In this document: piece by piece, positions 15,715 through 24,344 of the stretch
Layout: each line of letters starts with the position of its first letter
How positions within the stretch are numbered: position 1 is the stretch's first letter
DNA from: an uncultured Candidatus Saccharibacteria bacterium
GTDB taxonomy: Bacteria; Patescibacteriota; Minisyncoccia; Phycocordibacterales; Phycocordibacteraceae
Length of the DNA: 43,558 nucleotides
Assembly: GCA_964395025.1 (NCBI GenBank)
Contig: CAYMZP010000003.1
Coordinates: 1-43,558 of the forward strand
Direction: 5' to 3'
The notes under the pieces: model-generated
Database searches by the model: none
What the model saw: the letters and a program-made list of their open reading frames with translations, nothing else
Told to the model about the DNA's origin: nothing
Made by a program: the position numbers and the translations under genes

Positions 15715-16911
15715 TCAAAGGTCGTAGAGCCAGAGAGACCCGTCTCGTTTGTTAGTAAATACCAGCACTCCACTTTCTTCGTCTATGGAAAGTGAAACGG
15801 CATCAATATCTGTTTCTGCAACTAAGAGCGGGTCCACGATGAGTGAAGCCACGCGCGATGTCAGGTCTATTTTCCAGAGACGGTCAGAGAATGATACTTG
15901 TCCTTGGTACCAGTCGTCAGGGAGTGTTCCAGAAAATGCACGAGGGACAGCACAGTAGATTGCCTCTTCGTTTACCGCGAAGACACACTTTTCCGAGAGT
16001 GTTGCGACAGGAAGTGTCACCGCCTCTCCCCCGCTTCGGGCAAAAAGAGTAAGCGTGAATGCCGTACCGGAGAGCGATGAGTAGAGCATACGACTCCCAG
16101 AAGGGCTTGAAAGCACAGAAAGCCCGCGTAGTGGTCCGATGAGTCGCGTAAGGGCATCTCCCTCAAGATAAAAGCCGTATCCAAGCGTACTTGCCGAAGC
16201 TTTAGTGGTTGCTACGTAAGAAGTGCCTGCTTGTTGCAAACGTAGTGACGTGAGAAGTGTAGAAAAACGTGTTTTTGCGCTTCCACCAAGAAGGGTTGCT
16301 TCCGTACCCAGCGTGCCGGTGGTTGAGGGACGTACGGTAAGGACTGTTGTAGAGCTCACAATTACATCTGAAAGTCCCGTTTCAAGCACATATCCATCAG
16401 TGCCGTCTGCAGGCAGTGCGTATGTTTCTATACGCTCCCCTGCTCCGTCGTTTGCAATGTAGCGAAGGAACGCACGCGAACCGTCTTTTGCCCACACTGC
16501 TTCGTAAATACTAGGAAGTGTGCGGTTTGTAAGACGCTCAAGCACGCGAGCGCGCACGAGGTAGCGGTACAGGTTTCCAGTTGCGCGGTCTACAAACCGA
16601 ATCTCTGTGTCAGTTTCAAGCGGGAGAGAAGAGCTTGCCGTATTTTCAATCTCAATACTGCGTGCGAGTATCCCCTGCGCCACCGGACCATCGGCAATTT
16701 TGAGAAGACGAGGTGCCACTTCTTCACCAACATTTTCTACAGGCACCCCCACGTCTGGAGGTATGTACGGCTCCGCGTCTCCACCTATACCAAAAGAACT
16801 ACCGCCATTATCCGTGCTTGACCCTAACGTTTGGCGAAGTGCAAACCAAATTGCTACACCAATTCCGGCGAAGATTGCGATAACGAAGATGATAGTGAGG
16901 ATGCGTCGCAT
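15715..16911 (-). CDS. Membrane-anchored extracytoplasmic beta-rich hypothetical protein (last gene of the T4SS-like operon)
   Basis: ORF 15715..16962. The start MRRILTIIFVIAIFAGIGVAIWFAL (TM anchor) lies 1 nt after the upstream stop. The rest is Ser/Thr/Gly-rich beta-strand-like sequence ending DGSLWLYDL. No family recognised. Confidence 0.6.
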   Translation of the reverse strand: MRRILTIIFVIAIFAGIGVAIWFALRQTLGSSTDNGGSSFGIGGDAEPYIPPDVGVPVENVGEEVAPRLLKIADGPVAQGILARSIEIENTASSSLPLETDTEIRFVDRATGNLYRYLVRARVLERLTNRTLPSIYEAVWAKDGSRAFLRYIANDGAGERIETYALPADGTDGYVLETGLSDVIVSSTTVLTVRPSTTGTLGTEATLLGGSAKTRFSTLLTSLRLQQAGTSYVATTKASASTLGYGFYLEGDALTRLIGPLRGLSVLSSPSGSRMLYSSLSGTAFTLTLFARSGGEAVTLPVATLSEKCVFAVNEEAIYCAVPRAFSGTLPDDWYQGQVSFSDRLWKIDLTSRVASLIVDPLLVAETDIDAVSLSIDEESGVLVFTNKRDGSLWLYDL

Positions 16912-16912
16912 G

Positions 16913-18142
16913 TTAGTTTTGTTCAACGCGCTGTGCACATACAGGTCCGCCAACCACCCCAAGCGTTATCGTTTCTCCGTTAGAGTAGTCAGCAACAGCA
17001 TCTATACAAGAACCGCTACCATCATCAAATGGGAGCAAAAGCCCCGCTTTTATTTTTTGCCCAATTTTTCCAGTAGAGTTGTATGCTGTTTCGCACATTT
17101 CCTCTGATGAGAAGAATTCGCTCATATCTTCTGTTGCGCCGAGCACACAGACTGTTCTTGCCATGGGAATAGATCCTTGAAAACCGCCGTACCGCTGAAA
17201 AGCAACCTGTAAACCTCCGCCCTCCATGTTTCCATCATCCAAATGCCATTTTGATTCTATAGAGCTACAACTACAGTAGTGGGTACCTGCTGGTCCCACA
17301 GAAACAACTTCGCAGCTCGAGCCCGAGAGATATGCATCCGCAAAACGTCCACAACATTGCTCATACCCATTCGCAAGCCGGTCACCTGCTTTCCAAGTAA
17401 TAACTGCGGAATCTACACCGCCCGTGGTACCTAGTTCTGGAAACGAATCGCAAGTGAGGTTTGAAAGAGGATTTGAGTCAGGGTCTGGTGTTTGAGTGAT
17501 GCCAGAACCATAGTTATCTCCAATGCGAAGGGAAAGAATGTCGGGGTTGATAATGCCAAATACGAGAGCTGGAGAGAGCACTAACAGAAGCCCAAGCACG
17601 GAAACAAGCATCAAATGACGTGCTTCGCGCTTCTCAACAACACCTGTATTCATTACGGCATACAGAATTCCGGCACGCACAAACTGAAGTACAGCGATAA
17701 CGGCTGCCGCCCCTACCGCAAGAACGTAGAGATAGTTAAAGAATCCAGAAAGACCATCTTCTGCGTTTATATTCTCAATCGCTGGAATGCTCGTAAGCGG
17801 TACAAACTCACTTCCCGTTGGGGTAGTAGCGTTTCCCGCTGGTGCGGTTGAGTTTTGGGGGAGCGTCGTCGGAGAAGGATTTTCTGTAGGCGTAGTTTCT
17901 TCCTCGTTTGAAGTGGGAGCACCACTTACTGTACATGTTTCTTGAAGAACACCTCCTGCCGAAACAGTTCTACATGAAGCGGTTCTACCATCAGCATGTG
18001 TACAGTTTCTTCCAAGACCCATGCCGGCATCTTGGCAGGTCCATCCATTTGTTGGAGTTACCTGTTCCGGAGGAATAGTCGTTTGTGCACTGACGGGAGT
18101 CATCAGCACAAGGAAGAGGAAAATAGAAAAAAGGTATTTCAT
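16913..18142 (-). CDS. Secreted Cys-rich protein containing a VirB2/T4SS-pilin-like hydrophobic hairpin
   Basis: ORF 16913..18226; start at the signal peptide MKYLFSIFLFLVLMTPVSAQ. The centre is FVPLTSIPAI...LSGFFNYLYVLAVGAAAVIAVLQFVRAGILYAV....REARHLMLVSVLGLLLVLSPALVFGIINP. This matches the two-helix pilin pattern seen in CPR/Gram-positive T4SS pilins (from memory Pfam T4SS_pilin PF18895). It is flanked by an N-terminal Cys-rich module, a Thr/Pro linker and a roughly 200 aa C-terminal Cys-rich domain. Confidence 0.65.
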   Translation of the reverse strand: MKYLFSIFLFLVLMTPVSAQTTIPPEQVTPTNGWTCQDAGMGLGRNCTHADGRTASCRTVSAGGVLQETCTVSGAPTSNEEETTPTENPSPTTLPQNSTAPAGNATTPTGSEFVPLTSIPAIENINAEDGLSGFFNYLYVLAVGAAAVIAVLQFVRAGILYAVMNTGVVEKREARHLMLVSVLGLLLVLSPALVFGIINPDILSLRIGDNYGSGITQTPDPDSNPLSNLTCDSFPELGTTGGVDSAVITWKAGDRLANGYEQCCGRFADAYLSGSSCEVVSVGPAGTHYCSCSSIESKWHLDDGNMEGGGLQVAFQRYGGFQGSIPMARTVCVLGATEDMSEFFSSEEMCETAYNSTGKIGQKIKAGLLLPFDDGSGSCIDAVADYSNGETITLGVVGGPVCAQRVEQN

Positions 18143-18143
18143 A

Positions 18144-19109
18144 TCAGAATCCAAATAAGCTACGGCGCTCAGTTCCGAATAAAAGAGTGAAGGCCGCTTC
18201 CGCTTGCTCGTTCGCATACGCGCCAACTGCTTCTATGGAAGCCCGCCCTCCCCCACTTACGGCGCGTACCGTGAGTGCATTTGTTGCACCTGCGGAGTCT
18301 CCATTTAGGTTCCAAGAAAAAGTGGGGCGGGAAGCAAAATGAAACCCTTCCACACGATACGTTTCTTCGTCACCGAGAAGGGTGCGAGTTCCAGAGAGTG
18401 CGTGTGCAAAGTTCACTCCAAGTAGTGGGTCGTTTTCATACACCAACACCTCCGGACTTGCCGCTGCAATAGTGACACTTGCGCGCGCAGAATGCGCACC
18501 ATCTACGGTACTTACTAGTACGGACACTTGTGCGTCACGGTAGCGCGGGGCGGCGGTCGCCGTAAGCACAGAACGACCAATACCAGACTCCGCCGAGAGG
18601 GTTTTGTCCCCTATCTGCCACGTGTAGGAAAGTTGCTCGGCTGGTATACGAGTGTTTGGTGCGGTGCGAATGTCTGGAATTGCAATAACACGAAGGCGCC
18701 CTTCTGGGGCAACGAGTGCAGCACCTTCGTACCAGAGAGGGGTTACAGACATAGGTTCCACCACAAGCGCAACATCCGTTGGCGTAATGGTCATTTCTTT
18801 TTCGTATGTTTCACCTCCTGAAACGGCGGTCATTCGTATTACGGTACTTGAGCCCGATGCGCCGAGCGTTGTTTGAATGGGCGCGCCACCGCTCCCCTCG
18901 TACAGTACGGTGCCATTTACTGAAACAGTGATGGTGCTTGCTGCTAAGTTAAGAAGGTTACTTTTTGGAGTAATGATAATCGTGTCATATGGACGAGGGG
19001 AGGCAGGTTGTATGGTGAATGAAATAGGTTCCACGTCTCTAAATTGTGCGTGTGCAGGCATTGCAAAAAAAATGCCAAACACTATGAGAAAAAGAGCCGT
19101 GCCTTGCAT
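18144..19109 (-). CDS. Secreted all-beta hypothetical protein (Ig-like repeats suspected)
   Basis: ORF 18144..19322; start at the signal peptide MQGTALFLIVFGIFFAMPAHAQ, with TATACT 6 nt upstream. Repetitive beta-strand-like segments of about 100 aa. Confidence 0.6.
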   Translation of the reverse strand: MQGTALFLIVFGIFFAMPAHAQFRDVEPISFTIQPASPRPYDTIIITPKSNLLNLAASTITVSVNGTVLYEGSGGAPIQTTLGASGSSTVIRMTAVSGGETYEKEMTITPTDVALVVEPMSVTPLWYEGAALVAPEGRLRVIAIPDIRTAPNTRIPAEQLSYTWQIGDKTLSAESGIGRSVLTATAAPRYRDAQVSVLVSTVDGAHSARASVTIAAASPEVLVYENDPLLGVNFAHALSGTRTLLGDEETYRVEGFHFASRPTFSWNLNGDSAGATNALTVRAVSGGGRASIEAVGAYANEQAEAAFTLLFGTERRSLFGF

Positions 19110-19158
19110 GACTCTAGTATACCGTGCAGAGTCAAAGTAGTTTGTATGGAGTGGGTAT

Positions 19159-19899
19159 TTATCCGTGCCACGGAGTTTCACTACGCGCACTTGGTGTCGA
19201 CTCCGCTTTTGGTATGGGAAGTGTTGTTGGATACGCTTGAGTCGGAAGTTTCTTTTTTGGGATAACGAGCGTATTTGGTGCCGGTCCCGCCTCTCCCCTT
19301 CCTTGGGCAACCTCTTCTTCATATATAGAGTCCTCTCTTTCAGAAAGAGCTGCTACCTGTAGCGCTTGTTCCTGTTCTCTCTGTCTAGAAATAAATTGTG
19401 CATCAAGCGCTTGTGCTCCCCGTTTTGCTTCTGCTTGTTTTTTGTATGCGCGCTCCGCGTCCTCAATACGTGAACTGAGGAATAGACGAATGGTAAACGC
19501 ACTAAGCATGGGTAGCGTTGAAAGGAATGGAACTGCCTCCACCACAAAACTACCTACAAGCATGCTCCCGTTTGCTACGGCTTTTTTGCCCGAAAGGACT
19601 TGTATACCAGAGGCAAAAAACACAGGCAGAATGATGGCAAAAGCAAAAAGCGTTGTCATAAAAGGAACAAAAAGCGCAATCATTGTTCCAATAATCGGAA
19701 TTGCATTAAAGAAAAGAAATACAGCTTGCAGTGCATCTGCTATGCCGGCTACCACCATAAGTAGCGCAAACATGCCGTTGCCCATACGGACAGGCCACCG
19801 CGGGAAAAGGATGGTTCCAAACGTGTTGTTCGTAGCACCTGACAAGCTTGTCGTTTGAGGTGGTGCGCTTCTACTCATTGGTCGCGCAGAGTCGCTCAT
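19159..19899 (-). CDS. Polytopic membrane protein (about 4 TM) with a charged C-terminal tail, hypothetical
   Basis: Hydrophobic segments MFALLMVVAGIADALQAVFLFF, IIGTMIALFVPFMTTLFAFAIILPVFFA, MLVGSFVVEAVPFL and LPMLSAFTIRLFL, followed by a coiled-coil-like tail. The start is 3 nt after the VirB4 stop. Confidence 0.7.
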   Translation of the reverse strand: MSDSARPMSRSAPPQTTSLSGATNNTFGTILFPRWPVRMGNGMFALLMVVAGIADALQAVFLFFNAIPIIGTMIALFVPFMTTLFAFAIILPVFFASGIQVLSGKKAVANGSMLVGSFVVEAVPFLSTLPMLSAFTIRLFLSSRIEDAERAYKKQAEAKRGAQALDAQFISRQREQEQALQVAALSEREDSIYEEEVAQGRGEAGPAPNTLVIPKKKLPTQAYPTTLPIPKAESTPSARSETPWHG

Positions 19900-19902
19900 A
19901 CG

Positions 19903-21750
19903 CTACCCTTCTTTCTCCATCGCAAGACGCTGTTTTTCTCTCTTGATTGCCATAAGTTGAGACGGGTCGGAGGTAATAATCTGGTCTTCAGTATAGGATG
20001 CAACGATTTTTATAGCGACATGCTTGAGGCCTGCAAAGAAAAGACCCTCCCCCACTCCTGACTCAAGCAAGAGGTATTTTTCTTCGTCCGTCAGACTAAA
20101 CACTTCCTTGAGCACATCTATCGTAGTTGGCGATTGCTTCAAGAGAAGTTGGATAGACGAGTTCGTGAGAATTGGTTTTCCGTACGGGGAGCGCAAGAAG
20201 TCTTCCACGTCTTGCGTAATGGTAGAAACACCCAAGTAGTACTTACGTCCGCGCTTGGCGAGGCTGTAGAGGAAAGAGGCAGTATCTTCCGACTTCATCA
20301 TCCACCATGCTTCGTCAATAATAAGCAGGCGCTTCTTCATGTTCTTGCGCACCGCATTCCAGATGAAGTGCGTCACGATATACATGGCAACCGGTTTCAG
20401 GTCGTCTTCCATATCGCGCACCGAAAAGACAATGAACTGTTTGTTGATGTCTACATTTGTGGGCTGGTTGATAAAGCCAGACCACGTTCCCTTCGTGTAT
20501 TTGCTGAGGCGTTGCACCAGAGAAGCAGAACCTTCCATACCGGAAAGTACATTCTCAAAGTCGGAAAGGAGCGGTGGTTCCATGCCGGTAAAGTCTGCAT
20601 CACCCGTGATGTCTTTTAGGGCATAGGTTTCTGTAACTGCGCGGTCTATGATGGCATCCTCTTCAGGAGTGAGTCCGCCAAGCATAATGCGGAAGAGTCC
20701 CACCAAGTTGATGATGTTGTTGCGTAAAATATCTGTCGGTTCCTCGTCTTCTTTCACTGCGGGAAGGTCAAACGGATTGATGTGGTGTTCGGAAGAAAGA
20801 GAAATATTAAAGAGGCGCCCCCCTGTTGCTTGTGCTAGGTATTCGTATTCGCGTTCGGGGTCAATCACAATCACTTCCGTGTCAAACATAAGAGAGCGCA
20901 GAATTTCCAGTTTGATTGCGTACGACTTTCCGGAACCGGACTTTGCAAACACTACGGAGTTGTAGTTTTCAAGCGAAAAGCGGTCAAAGAGAATAAGAGA
21001 TGCGTTGTGTCGGTTGATACCAAAGAGAATTCCTCGGTCGCTTGTGAGGTCAAAAGACACAAATGGGAAGATAGAAGAAAGCGGTGAAGAATTCATTTTT
21101 GAGTTCACCGCAAGTTCATCAAGTGCGAGAGGAAGTGTAGAGCGGAAGCCCTGTTCCTGCTGGTAAAGTGCCGGTTTGGTATAGATAAGACGCGAGTCTA
21201 GAATCCCGCGAATATCCCCCTCTATCTTGTCTAACTCTTCTTTAGTGGAACCGTAGATAGTGATGTAGAGCCCGACGTCAAACAGTCGTTCCTGTGCTTG
21301 CTGAAGTTGGTCACGAAGGTCCTCAAGGTCGCGGTAGGCAGTATCAAGCATCGGGTCACGCACAAGACCCTTCTCCTCTCGCTCCATAATCTGGCTTTGC
21401 ACCTCTGCGACCTTGCGTTGGAAATTGCGAAGTGCAATACCGGTATCTATCGGGTGTATGAAAATACCAACATCAAAGACGCGGGGCATGTTCACGATAG
21501 GGCTAAACCAACTTTCTGAGAGGTAGCGTGGGTAGGAGATGGTGTAGAACGTGCGCGCAAGCTTCTCACCAAGCTCAAGGTCGCGCGAGTTTACCTTGAG
21601 CGCAGGAGGCGCAATGGTGTCCGCGAGTGAAAGTGTTGCTTCCGCATATATTTCCTGAGGAAGTGGTGCAGATGGCGTGGAAGGCGCAGGAGGAACAACA
21701 CCTTTTGCAGTGGTATCTCTCTTCTGTTTTAGGAAATCAAGTAGAGCCAT
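19903..21750 (-). CDS. virB4: VirB4/TrbE/PrgJ-family type IV secretion ATPase
   Basis: Walker A VFAKSGSGKSYAIK, Walker B KKRLLIIDEAWWMM, and the motif GRKYYLGVSTITQDVEDF. The N-terminal region DTIAPPALKV...RTFYTISYPRYL is typical of Gram-positive-type VirB4. Confidence 0.9.
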   Translation of the reverse strand: MALLDFLKQKRDTTAKGVVPPAPSTPSAPLPQEIYAEATLSLADTIAPPALKVNSRDLELGEKLARTFYTISYPRYLSESWFSPIVNMPRVFDVGIFIHPIDTGIALRNFQRKVAEVQSQIMEREEKGLVRDPMLDTAYRDLEDLRDQLQQAQERLFDVGLYITIYGSTKEELDKIEGDIRGILDSRLIYTKPALYQQEQGFRSTLPLALDELAVNSKMNSSPLSSIFPFVSFDLTSDRGILFGINRHNASLILFDRFSLENYNSVVFAKSGSGKSYAIKLEILRSLMFDTEVIVIDPEREYEYLAQATGGRLFNISLSSEHHINPFDLPAVKEDEEPTDILRNNIINLVGLFRIMLGGLTPEEDAIIDRAVTETYALKDITGDADFTGMEPPLLSDFENVLSGMEGSASLVQRLSKYTKGTWSGFINQPTNVDINKQFIVFSVRDMEDDLKPVAMYIVTHFIWNAVRKNMKKRLLIIDEAWWMMKSEDTASFLYSLAKRGRKYYLGVSTITQDVEDFLRSPYGKPILTNSSIQLLLKQSPTTIDVLKEVFSLTDEEKYLLLESGVGEGLFFAGLKHVAIKIVASYTEDQIITSDPSQLMAIKREKQRLAMEKEG

Positions 21751-21753
21751 ACG

Positions 21754-22386
21754 CTATTTTTGTGTGAGTTTGATAGGTGTCTCAAGTTCTCCCAAGTTGA
21801 ACGAGCGATATAAGAGTTCAATAAGTTCTTCTGTACCAAGTGGTACGGCGCGTATGCCGGTGTTCATGAGACCAGAAGAAACAAGTGCCATACGTTGCTC
21901 AAGCTGAACACGGTATTGGTCAAATGTTTGTGTCATTCCCTGCCCTTGTGGTTGCTTCTTCCCGCCAAAGAGTGGAAGTCCTCCCCCGCCCCCAAGCGGA
22001 GCAGCGTCATACGGGACAACCACGTAGAAGAGCTTCGTCATAATATCTGCTCCCTCAATGAAGTTTCGCACGAATTGTGCGTATTCACGTACCTGCACGC
22101 GCATTAAATCCGTGGTCTGCGCAGCTTCACGCTCCTCAAGAGTTGCAAGGTACGGACGAATATCCATTTTGCGCGAGTGAATGACCACTTCCACAGAGAA
22201 ATCAAGCGTATTGAGGAATGTTTGGAAGCCACCAATAATAGCTTTTTGTTCGTCGGCTGACTTCAGAGCAAAGTTTGTAGAAGAACACATAAGCACGCTT
22301 CGGTAGCCACCGTTTTTGAGGACAATAACGCCATTTCTAACTTCTTTTACGGGCACGAACGATTGTGATGAGCGAGCGTCTTGCAT
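21754..22386 (-). CDS. VirB4 N-terminal-domain-like protein, separated from VirB4 by an in-frame TAG
   Basis: VPVKEVRNGVIVLKNGGYRSVLMCSSTNFALKSADEQKAIIGGFQTFLNTLDFSVEVVIHSRKMD matches the start of Gram-positive conjugative VirB4 ATPases (..dGii....g.y.k.l....iNf.l.s..eq..i...f..flnsl). The junction reads CAA AAA TAG CGT ATG, in the same frame as the ATPase ORF. Confidence 0.6.
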   Translation of the reverse strand: MQDARSSQSFVPVKEVRNGVIVLKNGGYRSVLMCSSTNFALKSADEQKAIIGGFQTFLNTLDFSVEVVIHSRKMDIRPYLATLEEREAAQTTDLMRVQVREYAQFVRNFIEGADIMTKLFYVVVPYDAAPLGGGGGLPLFGGKKQPQGQGMTQTFDQYRVQLEQRMALVSSGLMNTGIRAVPLGTEELIELLYRSFNLGELETPIKLTQK

Positions 22387-22391
22387 ACGTA

Positions 22392-22814
22392 TTAGGTAGG
22401 TTCTTCGCCTTTACCGGTGTCGCGCACATCAAGCGACCACGCAAGCTCTTGTAGTTTTTTCTCTGAGAGCCCCAGTTTTTGTGCGGGAGCTTCCTTTTCA
22501 GGAACCACTTTTACCGCTTCAGGAAGTGTCTCCCCCTTTTCTTTTTTCCATAGGTAGAGGCGTTTGCCGACGTAGTAAGAAAAGCCAGCCTCAAGCATTT
22601 CAGCAAATGGTTTGTTGTTCACCTTGTAGAACGCAAGTGCGAGAGAAAGCGCCACGACAGGAATGGAAAGAAGAATCGCAAACATGAGCGGAATCGTGAA
22701 TATCAAAATAGCTACGAGACCAATACCTCCCGCAACGTAAATGAATTGCTTGAGTGTGAAAGGTCCAAAAATCTTATCTTCCACTTCTATAAACTGCGGA
22801 ACTTGATAATCCAT
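22392..22814 (-). CDS. PrgI/VirB3-like small membrane protein
   Basis: MDYQVPQFIEVEDKIFGPFTLKQFIYVAGGIGLVAILIF followed by a second TM segment. This is the PrgI-family pattern (from memory PF12666). Lies directly upstream of the VirB4 genes. TATACT is 7 nt upstream of the ATG. Confidence 0.7.
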   Translation of the reverse strand: MDYQVPQFIEVEDKIFGPFTLKQFIYVAGGIGLVAILIFTIPLMFAILLSIPVVALSLALAFYKVNNKPFAEMLEAGFSYYVGKRLYLWKKEKGETLPEAVKVVPEKEAPAQKLGLSEKKLQELAWSLDVRDTGKGEEPT

Positions 22815-22884
22815 TGATCAAAGTATAACGCGAAAACGCCCCAAGTAAGTTATTGGAGCGCTTTCTATACGGGGAAATTCGTTT

Positions 22885-23103
22885 TTAGGACTGTTTTTGT
22901 TTCTCTGCCAACTTCTCCAATGCTTCAATATACGCTGCGTCAGCTGCATTTGTTGCTTCAAGATATGCTTTTGCAAGTGAAACGAGCATCTCCCCCTCCT
23001 CTTCAGGAGATAGTGGAGCATCTACAATCTCTTTAATGAGACTACGAGCCTCATCAACCTTTCCTTCGGCAAAGAGTGTCTTTAGTTTTTCAGTGGTGTC
23101 CAT
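22885..23103 (-). CDS. Small acidic helical hypothetical protein (72 aa)
   Basis: MDTTEKLKTLFAEGKVDEARSLIKEIV... has no signal peptide or TM segment. Tightly follows the upstream coiled-coil gene. Confidence 0.55.
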   Translation of the reverse strand: MDTTEKLKTLFAEGKVDEARSLIKEIVDAPLSPEEEGEMLVSLAKAYLEATNAADAAYIEALEKLAEKQKQS

Positions 23104-23114
23104 AGATGATGTTT

Positions 23115-24308
23115 TTATGTACCGGCGTCGTTAAGTTCTTCAAAATACTCCTCAGCATCAGAAGCAAGCGCTTCAAGCATTGCACGCTTCATTAGGGCAC
23201 CCTTCTTTCCTGCACGAACTTCTGCATCAAGCGCTTCCATTCGCTCTTCAAAGACTTCGCGCACAAATTCTTGCGCATCTTCGCGTTCTTTTGAACCAAT
23301 AGGGTTCATCATCACGAACTCTTTAAGGTTTTTAACAAACGAAGAAAAGCGCGTACTCTCCTTGATGTTGTTAATGGCCTTTTTTACGCCCTCGCGAGCA
23401 CGTTTTTCTGCGAGATTGTCTAGTTTATCTGCCACTTCTTCTGGAGCTAAGTCGTCTTCATTTTCTGCTGCCTCAGCAAACTCAGCATATTTTTTATTTA
23501 GTTCACTCATTTTTTCGATGGAGCCAAAGCCACGAGATTTTGCTGTAAGCATTTTTTCCATCTTCTTTTCTACTTTCTCTCGCACCATCTTGGCAATGGT
23601 GGTTTCTTGAAGAAGTCCTTTTGTAATTTCATCCCGAGCTTCTGACTCTTTTGCGCGCTCTTCTTCTAGTTCACTGGTTGCATTGTCAGCCGCCTCCTGA
23701 GCGGTTCGTAACTGCGCTTCAGCCGCAACCTTATCGCGCTGAGCCTTGTTCAAGGCTTCTACATTTGCACGATGGTTTGGGCCGAACAACCTGCTCATTA
23801 TTCCGGCCTTTTTTACCTGCGCCTCGTAGTGCCTTTTTTGTGTTTCAGCGTGGTGTATAGCTAGTTGAAGATCAGGCGCTTTCCCTCTTTCAGTATCAAC
23901 ACGTGATTCCAGTTCACGAATACGTTCGCGCTGAGTACGGAATGTTTCAAGCTGTTCTCCAAGCGCATCTATCGCATCAGGATTTTCTCGCATTTCCTTA
24001 CGCAGGTATGCATGAATAACTTCAGTGCCCTCCTTCCCCAGTTTTATGCCGAGTGATTCTTGAATGTGGTCGGGCCACATTTTCTTCAGTCCAGATTCTA
24101 CGGATTCAGTTTTTTTGAAGAGTTCGTACTCTTCTCGCATAGCATCGTCGCTATAATCAGCACTCGCGCGCTCATCTTCCGAGAGTGATGCAGTCGTCTC
24201 GTCCACGTACTTCTTAAACTTTCTGTCATTTAACCAAGGCCTATCTGCATGTCTTAGTGTCGGGCCTTCGGGAGTGGTCATAGTATGAGAAATTATGTAC
24301 CTATCCAT
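23115..24308 (-). CDS. Soluble charged coiled-coil hypothetical protein (397 aa)
   Basis: Rich in E/K/R/A heptad-like sequence, with no TM segment or signal peptide. A GGAGGGGG Shine-Dalgarno sequence lies about 6 nt upstream of the ATG. Confidence 0.65.
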   Translation of the reverse strand: MDRYIISHTMTTPEGPTLRHADRPWLNDRKFKKYVDETTASLSEDERASADYSDDAMREEYELFKKTESVESGLKKMWPDHIQESLGIKLGKEGTEVIHAYLRKEMRENPDAIDALGEQLETFRTQRERIRELESRVDTERGKAPDLQLAIHHAETQKRHYEAQVKKAGIMSRLFGPNHRANVEALNKAQRDKVAAEAQLRTAQEAADNATSELEEERAKESEARDEITKGLLQETTIAKMVREKVEKKMEKMLTAKSRGFGSIEKMSELNKKYAEFAEAAENEDDLAPEEVADKLDNLAEKRAREGVKKAINNIKESTRFSSFVKNLKEFVMMNPIGSKEREDAQEFVREVFEERMEALDAEVRAGKKGALMKRAMLEALASDAEEYFEELNDAGT

Positions 24309-24344
24309 GATATACCCCCTCCATACAAAGACAAACAGGAAAAA

